From the IMG/VR virus record IMGVR_UViG_3300033066_002433: a DNA stretch of 64,000 nucleotides, one strand, 5' to 3'. Positions 1 through 4,822 of the stretch are shown piece after piece. Under the pieces are notes generated by a model that had not been told where the DNA came from, made no database searches, and saw nothing but the letters and a program-made list of their open reading frames with translations. The position numbers were made by a program, and so were the translations under genes. The stretch's first letter is position 1. Every line of letters starts with the position of its first letter. This stretch comes from an uncultured virus (IMG/VR IMGVR_UViG_3300033066_002433). Taxonomy: Duplodnaviria; Heunggongvirae; Uroviricota; Caudoviricetes.

Positions 1-426
1 TTACCCGCTACTATCTTTATTTAGATGCCTTTGTTCCCAGTGTAATTTTTTATGGCAATTCGAACACATTGGAATGCATTTAGCAATTTCCTTTAAAATT
101 CTTGTTTTGCAATTAGTCGTAATTAACTGAGCAACTGTAGCTTCTTTATCATTATTTGGATGGTGAAATTCAATACATGCCTGGTGGCTTTCTCCGCATT
201 TACAATAAAATTGTTTCTTATACTCTGTCCACCATTCTCTAAATCCTGCCTTCCAAACAGCCGCCTTATCAATGTACTTTTTTTTATTAAGTTCGTAATG
301 AGATTTACGGTATTCTTTTTGACAAGTCTTACACTGTGATTGAAGGCCATCTTTTTTAGACTTGTTACTCATAAACTCCGAAGTAGAATGAGATTGTTTA
401 CATATGCAGCATTTTTTTGTATTCAT
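1..426 (-). CDS. HNH homing endonuclease with N-terminal Cys zinc-finger
   Basis: CxxC...CxxC N-terminus; 'CIEFHHPN...CSNCHKKLH' HNH motif; likely start MNTKK at 426; paralog of 3164..3589. Confidence 0.85.
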   Translation of the reverse strand: MNTKKCCICKQSHSTSEFMSNKSKKDGLQSQCKTCQKEYRKSHYELNKKKYIDKAAVWKAGFREWWTEYKKQFYCKCGESHQACIEFHHPNNDKEATVAQLITTNCKTRILKEIAKCIPMCSNCHKKLHWEQRHLNKDSSG

Positions 427-434
427 ACTACTAT

Positions 435-460
435 ATTCTGAAAACAACCTTCCAAGTCCT
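435..460 (-). promoter_or_regulatory. SigH-type promoter AGGA-N18-GAAT
   Basis: Motif ends 8 nt upstream of the HNH ATG (426); recurs at other starts. Confidence 0.55.
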
Positions 461-483
461 TCTTTTACTTGGAAGATTTATAA

Positions 484-525
484 CTTGCTTGGAAGGCAAG
501 CAATCAGCCAATGACTCAATGCCGC
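484..525 (-). pseudogene. 5' part of tRNA-Gly(TCC), interrupted after the anticodon arm by the HNH insertion
   Basis: RC GCGGCAT-TG-AGTC ATTGGCT GATT-G-CTTGC CTTCCAA GCAAG, then no T arm before the HNH gene. Confidence 0.65.
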
Positions 526-531
526 ATGTAA

Positions 532-603
532 AGAGGATAATGGGACTTGAACCCACAGTTTCTACCTTGGCAAGGTAGCGCATTGCCATTATGCTATATC
601 CTC
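532..603 (-). tRNA. tRNA-Gly(GCC)
   Basis: Cloverleaf GAGGATA/TATCCTC, anticodon arm CTACC TTGCCAA GGTAG, T loop TTCAAGT; no CCA. Confidence 0.92.
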
Positions 604-1075
604 AATATGCTATCAAGTGAGCAGAACCAGGATTTCCCCAACTGTCAACTTGATATGTTGATTCTATATCAAATCCTAATTTTTCAAGTACAGGGATAAG
701 AATACGATTTACAACATATATTCTCATCATTGTTTTTTGACCTGATTCTTGATAATAAATCTTATCTTCATTGTATTTTTTTATAGCATTCTGAATAAGC
801 TGTAAACCAATACCTTGACGACGAAATTCAGGTTTTACTACAAGGTCAAAAGAGAAAACCATTACATCTTCTCCATAACCATTATCTTTATCCCAACTGC
901 TCGCAAGAGCGCCAATAACAACACCATTCTCTATGGCGACTTGACTTATGTTCTTGTCTCTGCCATAGCGAATGTCATTCTGTTTGAAAACTTGGTCAGC
1001 CTGTTCGGCTTCTTCCCAGTTTTCTTCAGGGTCAACATTCATGAAATCGGCATCATCTGCTCTTTTGTACCACAT
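602..1075 (-). CDS. GNAT family acetyltransferase with N-terminal MWYKRA motif
   Basis: Acetyl-CoA motif 'VKPEFRRQGIG'; start MWYK at 1075. Confidence 0.8.
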   Translation of the reverse strand: MWYKRADDADFMNVDPEENWEEAEQADQVFKQNDIRYGRDKNISQVAIENGVVIGALASSWDKDNGYGEDVMVFSFDLVVKPEFRRQGIGLQLIQNAIKKYNEDKIYYQESGQKTMMRIYVVNRILIPVLEKLGFDIESTYQVDSWGNPGSAHLIAY

Positions 1076-1083
1076 ACTATTCA

Positions 1084-1108
1084 ATTCTTCGGATTCTTTT
1101 GAAATCCT
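1084..1108 (-). promoter_or_regulatory. SigH-type promoter AGGA-N17-GAAT
   Basis: Motif ends 8 nt upstream of ATG 1075. Confidence 0.55.
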
Positions 1109-1112
1109 TCAA

Positions 1113-1254
1113 AGCAGCGGACAGGACTCGAACCTGCGACCTCGACCTTAACATGGTGTTAACCTTCATCCTATCGACCAACCAGTTATTAGACTGGTTG
1201 ATATGGTGCCGGCGAAGATATTTTTTCGCGCTCTACCAACTGAGCTACCGCTGC
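1113..1254 (-). ncRNA. tRNA-shell RNA carrying a permuted Y-RNA-like helix (YrlA-like)
   Basis: Acceptor GCAGCGG/CCGCTGC, normal D and T arms; anticodon arm replaced by about 85 nt containing ATCAACCAGT/ACTGGTTGGT-CGATAG-GATGAAGGTTAAC. Confidence 0.75.
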
Positions 1255-1257
1255 TAA

Positions 1258-1349
1258 AGTCCGCCCCAGGATTCGAACCTGTATCTCACCTTATTCAATG
1301 GGCCATTATTGGGCCAACAGGTGCGCTCTTCCATTTAAGCTAGACGGGC
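1258..1349 (-). ncRNA. tRNA-like RNA with expanded (27 nt) anticodon loop
   Basis: GCCCGTC acceptor, D arm, stem CACCT/AGGTG enclosing GTT-GGCC-CAATAAT-GGCC-CATTGAATA, T loop TTCGAAT. Confidence 0.7.
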
Positions 1350-1353
1350 AAAG

Positions 1354-1419
1354 GAACCAATATGTTATTCGTTCTAAGGGGTTAATTTTCAGTTAACCTT
1401 AGAAACTATCGACTGGTTC
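1354..1419 (-). ncRNA. Y-RNA-like small RNA (stand-alone helix)
   Basis: GAACCAGT-CGATAG-TTTCTAAGG-TTAAC...CCTTAGAA...CAT-ATTGGTTC; the ends pair. Confidence 0.7.
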
Positions 1420-1421
1420 AA

Positions 1422-1504
1422 TGAGCTAGAGAGGAATCGAACCTCCAAAGTCTTACGACGGCTGATTTACAGTCAACTGGACACACCACCTGTCCAACTA
1501 GCCC
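1422..1504 (-). tRNA. tRNA-Tyr(GTA)
   Basis: Anticodon arm GTTGA CTGTAAA TCAGC, long variable arm GTC GTAA GAC, T loop TTCGATT. Confidence 0.9.
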
Positions 1505-1604
1505 GAACATTAGTTTTTTACCCATTTGTGTTTAGAACAAAACTAATAAATCATGGTACATTTTTAGCTTACGCTGAGGATAATCGCACAACCTCTCTAC
1601 AAAG

Positions 1605-1689
1605 TGGACCAGCGGGGAGTCGAACCCTGATATTCTCATTACGATGGACCAATTAGGGTCAGCGAGAATTTTTCCAGCAAAACTAGCCC
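1605..1689 (-). ncRNA. tRNA-mimic with Ala identity (G3:U70, A73), no canonical D stem
   Basis: GGGCTAG/CTGGTCC-A acceptor, T loop TTCGACT, stem ATTCTC/GAGAAT enclosing GCT-GACC-CTAATT-GGTC-CATCGTAAT. Confidence 0.65.
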
Positions 1690-1694
1690 ATAAA

Positions 1695-1824
1695 TGTGTT
1701 CGACGGGGCTTGAACCCGCAACCTCCCCATTGCCAGGGGCGCTCTTCCAATTAAAACTGTCAACTTTTGCCTAGTTCAATGCGCACTTCACTAAGTTACT
1801 CATCAACAGGCATGCTACGAACAC
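1695..1824 (-). ncRNA. tRNA-like RNA with about 57-nt insertion in the D stem
   Basis: GTGTTCG/CGAACAC acceptor, T arm GCGGG TTCAAGC CCCGT, insert containing the TGCCT/AGGCA helix, non-canonical anticodon loop TGGCAAT. Confidence 0.65.
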
Positions 1825-1829
1825 AAGAA

Positions 1830-1960
1830 AGCGGCGAGCAGGACTCGAACCTGCAACCCAGGGTTTGGGTTAACCTTAATCCATTCGACTGACTATCAGG
1901 TCAGTATGTAGTTGGCAAGGTGTATAAGAACTCTTGCTCTACCAATTGAGCTATCGCCGC
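1830..1960 (-). ncRNA. tRNA-shell RNA carrying a permuted Y-RNA-like helix (YrlA-like)
   Basis: GCGGCGA/TCGCCGC acceptor, D and T arms; insert CCTTGCC..CAT-ACTGAC CTGATA GTCAGT-CGAATG-GATTAAGGTTAAC. Confidence 0.75.
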
Positions 1961-1991
1961 AAAACTTCTTGCTGCTGTTAAGCAGCAAAAA

Positions 1992-2100
1992 AGCTGTCCT
2001 CTCTAGGTTGCCAGTTATTCCCGAGCAAGGGCAACTCCACGGAATGCTCGGCTAGATGTTCTCATGTCAGGAGGACTGGAGAACCCACGGTTCATTGCTA
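1992..2100 (-). ncRNA. Pseudoknotted structured RNA of unknown family
   Basis: GTCCTC/GAGGAC and CTAG/CTAG enclose crossing pairs CCGAGCA/TGCTCGG and GTTGCC/GGCAAC. Confidence 0.55.
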
Positions 2101-2106
2101 TCAAAG

Positions 2107-2180
2107 TCAAGGTAACTGGATTTGAACCAGCAATCTTCTGCACCCGAAGCAGACGGAATACCAAATTATCCTATACCCTG
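2107..2180 (-). tRNA. tRNA-Pro(CGG)
   Basis: CAGGGTA/TACCTTG acceptor; TCTGC TTCGGGT GCAGA anticodon arm. Confidence 0.9.
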
Positions 2181-2184
2181 AATA

Positions 2185-2256
2185 TGAATCAATAAGGTAA
2201 AAGAATAAGGGTTGTTACAATCAAAAGTTGTTAACCTTACTCATTCGACTGATTCA
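2185..2256 (-). ncRNA. Y-RNA-like small RNA (stand-alone helix)
   Basis: TGAATCAGT-CGAATG-AGTAAGG-TTAAC...CCTTATT...ATTGATTCA. Confidence 0.7.
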
Positions 2257-2258
2257 AA

Positions 2259-2372
2259 AGCTACAAGCTGGATTCGAACCAGCGACCTCGTTTAATCGGC
2301 AACCAATGTAAAGAGGATTCGAACCTCACCGATTCCCTTGCGGGATGCGCTCTACCACTGAGCTATTGCAGC
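2259..2372 (-). ncRNA. tRNA-shell RNA with a second T-loop arm in place of the anticodon arm
   Basis: GCTGCAA/TTGTAGC acceptor, D arm; insert TCCC GCAA GGGA, ATCGGT-GAGG TTCGAAT CCTC-...GCCGAT; then true T arm GCTGG TTCGAAT CCAGC. Confidence 0.7.
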
Positions 2373-2377
2373 AAAAG

Positions 2378-2453
2378 TGGATTGGACGGGATTCGAACCC
2401 GCTTTCCATTGGAATTTCCAGTGAACGGTAGCGACCCGCTCTTAAGCCAACCC
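2378..2453 (-). ncRNA. tRNA-mimic with Ala identity (G3:U70, A73)
   Basis: GGGTTGG/CCAATCC-A acceptor, T arm GCGGG TTCGAAT CCCGT, non-canonical D and anticodon regions. Confidence 0.6.
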
Positions 2454-2458
2454 ATAAG

Positions 2459-2532
2459 TCAAAGTGATTGGATTTGAACCAACGGTCTTTTGCTCCCCGA
2501 GCAAACGCTTTACCAAGCTAAGCTACACTCTG
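2459..2532 (-). tRNA. tRNA-Pro(GGG)
   Basis: TTTGC TCGGGGA GCAAA anticodon arm (C33). Confidence 0.88.
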
Positions 2533-2535
2533 AAG

Positions 2536-2618
2536 TAACCAATATGGTTTTGAGAAGACATTTAGGGGCGTAATAGGCCCCTGCTTTGAAGCGTTAATCT
2601 TACTCATTCGACTGGTTA
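2536..2618 (-). ncRNA. Y-RNA-like small RNA (stand-alone helix)
   Basis: TAACCAGT-CGAATG-AGTAAGA-TTAAC...two hairpins...TCTTCTC..CAT-ATTGGTTA. Confidence 0.7.
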
Positions 2619-2623
2619 TAAAG

Positions 2624-2699
2624 TGGACACAGACGGGCATCGAACCCGCAACCTCCTCGGTGCAAACGAGGCGCTCTACCAAAATTGAGCTACTGGCCC
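2624..2699 (-). tRNA. tRNA-Ala(TGC)
   Basis: CCTCG TTTGCAC CGAGG anticodon arm; G3:U70; one-base bulge in the acceptor stem. Confidence 0.85.
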
Positions 2700-2718
2700 A
2701 TAATCAATTCAATCTAAG

Positions 2719-2792
2719 TCAGGGTTGTCAGATTTGAACTGACGATCTTCTCGTTCCAAACAAGACGGATTACCAAGCTTTCCCAAACCCTG
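2719..2792 (-). tRNA. tRNA-Pro(TGG)
   Basis: TCTTG TTTGGAA CGAGA anticodon arm (A37). Confidence 0.9.
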
Positions 2793-2797
2793 AAAAG

Positions 2798-2869
2798 TCA
2801 GGATGACAGGAATCGAACCTGCATAAGTCTGTTCCCAAAACAGACGGACGGCCATTGTCCCACACCCTG
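2798..2869 (-). tRNA. tRNA-Pro(TGG)
   Basis: TCTGT TTTGGGA ACAGA anticodon arm. Confidence 0.9.
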
Positions 2870-2875
2870 AAAAAA

Positions 2876-3127
2876 GAACTAAGTAGTCTGCGTAACTACA
2901 CAACAAGCTTCAATTGCGGATGCTAGTGCTTGCATGCTCTTATTTTCTAGAACCCTTTGCGAATCCTTATCATGTTACTTTCAGATTTACTATTCTAGTT
3001 GACCTGTCGGGCATTTAACCCGCTCTATGTTTCTAAAGCCTCGCAATTGTTATCAATCTAGTTTTCAACAAGATTTCTACATGATTTCTTTTCGCATAAT
3101 GTTTTAGCGCATTTACATCATTAGTTC
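2876..3127 (-). ncRNA. About 250-nt structured RNA, unknown family
   Basis: Terminal pairing GAACTAA/TTAGTTC; internal CAATTGCG/CGCAATTG and CTAGAA/TTCTAG; fills the gap between tRNA units; no ORF in track. Confidence 0.5.
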
Positions 3128-3132
3128 AAAAG

Positions 3133-3187
3133 TGGGAACGGTCGGAATCGAACCGACGATGCCCTAATCAAAAATCTTTAGTCCCCT
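3133..3187 (-). pseudogene. 3' tRNA remnant (Phe-like) overlapping the HNH C-terminus
   Basis: Intact T arm GTCGG TTCGATT CCGAC plus CGTTCCC-A; decayed anticodon arm GGGGA CTAAAGA TTTTT; no D arm. Confidence 0.55.
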
Positions 3188-3589
3188 ATTATTTGCAAGA
3201 AAATGCTCTTCCTTATGGCAGTTAGAACACAAAGGAGTACATTTTTTTATCTCTTCCATGATGCGAGATTTACTTGCGTTATTCGAAATCATATTACTGA
3301 TTGCCTCGTCCTTTCCCCTGGTATGATGAAACTCAAGGACATACCATCGATTATCTCCACACTTAGAACATTTATATGTCTTTTTGAGTTCTTGAAACCA
3401 TTGGTTTTTTCGGTTTCTAGACTCTTTTCTAAGTTGAACATATCGTTTGGGATTATTTTTATACAGCACTGCATGATATGCTCTATCGCAATCTCTACAT
3501 CTAGCTTGAACTCCATCTTTTCGGCTTTTGTTTTTGCCAAATTCAGAAAGTTCTTTACATTGACCACATTGATAGCATGTTTTTTCCAT
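3164..3589 (-). CDS. HNH homing endonuclease
   Basis: 'LEFHHTRG...LCSNCHKEEH'; N-terminal CxxC finger. Confidence 0.85.
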   Translation of the reverse strand: MEKTCYQCGQCKELSEFGKNKSRKDGVQARCRDCDRAYHAVLYKNNPKRYVQLRKESRNRKNQWFQELKKTYKCSKCGDNRWYVLEFHHTRGKDEAISNMISNNASKSRIMEEIKKCTPLCSNCHKEEHFLANNRGLKIFD

Positions 3590-3596
3590 ACTATCA

Positions 3597-3621
3597 TTTC
3601 TGCATTTGACTGAAAACTCCT
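3597..3621 (-). promoter_or_regulatory. SigH-type promoter AGGA-N17-GAAA
   Basis: Motif ends 7 nt upstream of ATG 3589. Confidence 0.5.
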
Positions 3622-3647
3622 TTATTATTCTCAGGCAAATATTGAAA

Positions 3648-3719
3648 TGGAGGAAAAAGGAGTTGAACCTTTACCTTCCCGTCTTCAGCGGGACGCGCAG
3701 ACCCCTACGCCATTCCTCC
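3648..3719 (-). tRNA. tRNA-Phe(GAA)
   Basis: TCCCG CTGAAGA CGGGA anticodon arm; GGAGGAA/TTCCTCC acceptor. Confidence 0.88.
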
Positions 3720-3720
3720 A

Positions 3721-3961
3721 AGACATACCAGGGTTTCTAGCCATGCTGGTATGAGTTTGGTATATTACAGATTTCACACAATCTCTTATACCATAGCTGT
3801 TAAGCTATGAAGAAAATCGTGCTTTATCTTTCGCGGAACATCATCAGAGCTACGTTCGGTAGATGATAACGCCGCTGTATTTACTTTTCAAAGAACATCT
3901 AATCATTACTGATTAGATTTGACGAGTTTTTAGTCCTGCGCCGCAGTATTGAAACTTGTCT
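3721..3961 (-). ncRNA. About 240-nt multi-hairpin RNA, unknown family
   Basis: Ends AGACA/TGTCT pair; hairpins CATACCAG/CTGGTATG, TGGTATA/TATACCA, ATCTAATCA-GTAA-TGATTAGAT; lies between two tRNA-Phe genes. Confidence 0.5.
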
Positions 3962-3967
3962 CTAAAA

Positions 3968-4043
3968 TGGGTTGTCTCAGAATCGAACTGAGTTCTTTTC
4001 CTCTTCAGGGAAACGCTGAAATCACCAGACTAGCTCACAACCC
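3968..4043 (-). tRNA. tRNA-Phe(GAA)
   Basis: TTTCC CTGAAGA GGAAA anticodon arm; GGGTTGT/ACAACCC acceptor. Confidence 0.88.
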
Positions 4044-4147
4044 TTTAACCATTCCGAAGTATTGTATTCGCCTATTCTTTCTTTGTCAAACTTCTGCTTC
4101 ACGTTTTATGTGCTTTTTCTTCAAATGTCAACTTAACTACGAACACA

Positions 4148-4411
4148 CTAAGAGACTGCTTTATTCTTATTTCTCTTGTTGAATCTATTAACAAGCTCGT
4201 CATTCATTTCCATTGTACTGTTCATCAAGAAAACTTCAACCGTACTGTTTCTAGTCGTCTCACGTTCAAGACAAACTTCTTTCTTACCTATTCTTCGATA
4301 AGCTCTGACTGTATCATTCTTGAACATTGATTCTGCAATCTTCTCGATCAAATTTCTTTCATCAACATTGAATGAATCTTTACATCTGTCATTGAATTCT
4401 GCGATTGCCAT
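4148..4411 (-). CDS. hypothetical protein
   Basis: 87-aa ORF with AAGGA RBS. Confidence 0.6.
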   Translation of the reverse strand: MAIAEFNDRCKDSFNVDERNLIEKIAESMFKNDTVRAYRRIGKKEVCLERETTRNSTVEVFLMNSTMEMNDELVNRFNKRNKNKAVS

Positions 4412-4431
4412 TTGAAATTCCTTATGAAAAC

Positions 4432-4455
4432 AAAAAAGCCTAGCTTTCGCTAGGC
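4432..4455 (-). terminator. Intrinsic terminator (attenuator) upstream of the tRNA array
   Basis: GCCTAGC GAAA GCTAGGC TTTTTT. Confidence 0.8.
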
Positions 4456-4497
4456 CTCTGGTATCTTTTTGCTTTTGGGTTTTAGAACAGATTCTGG

Positions 4498-4620
4498 TTA
4501 CTGTTCACCCTTGGCAAGATCCAGAGGCCCGAATTTATCGGGACGGCTATTAAAGCCGCAAGAGGCAGCATATCCTGCTGTCTGCTTCATGGTTCTTGGT
4601 TGGGGATACGAACGTGACAT
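4498..4620 (-). CDS. Putative 40-aa leader peptide MSRSYPQPRTMKQTAGYAASCGFNSRPDKFGPLDLAKGEQ
   Basis: GAGGA RBS; contains the antiterminator strand GGCCTCTGGATCTT. Confidence 0.55.
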   Translation of the reverse strand: MSRSYPQPRTMKQTAGYAASCGFNSRPDKFGPLDLAKGEQ

Positions 4621-4822
4621 TGAATCTAATTCCTCTATCATTTGAAAAGGCAAACACCTTCTCGGTACATCAGTATACCTCGTATATCGTCAAAAATCCT
4701 TCCTCGATGCAAGAATTCTGTCTAAAATTGCCAAAATTCTTTGGGAAGGCCTTTATTGACCTAGAAACAAGGTTTTTGTCTATCTCTTCACTTCTTTTTC
4801 TGCGTGTTTTGCTTTTTCCGCC

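Noticed and set aside
1113..1960. Group I or BHB introns in tRNA anticodon loops
   Set aside because: The inserts are too short for group I, no clear BHB motif is present, removal does not restore an obvious anticodon arm, and the same motif exists as stand-alone RNAs.
1113..2618. CRISPR array from the recurring GTTAACCTT..TCGAC motif
   Set aside because: Copies are degenerate, irregularly spaced and embedded in paired structures; no cas genes.
1532..2906. Short ORFs 1532..1750 and 2709..2906
   Set aside because: They are translations of tRNA/ncRNA sequence.
3133..3187. tmRNA (GGGGAC... start with T arm)
   Set aside because: Only about 55 nt, no G3:U70 in register and no tag frame found; a tRNA remnant fits better.
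3821..3872. Hammerhead-like CTGATGA...GAAA on the minus strand
   Set aside because: Stem II closure and the NUH site do not fit; the segment folds better as a simple hairpin (TTATCA/TGATGA).
4672..4693. Sigma70 promoter TTGACG...TATACT
   Set aside because: The spacer is only 10 nt.
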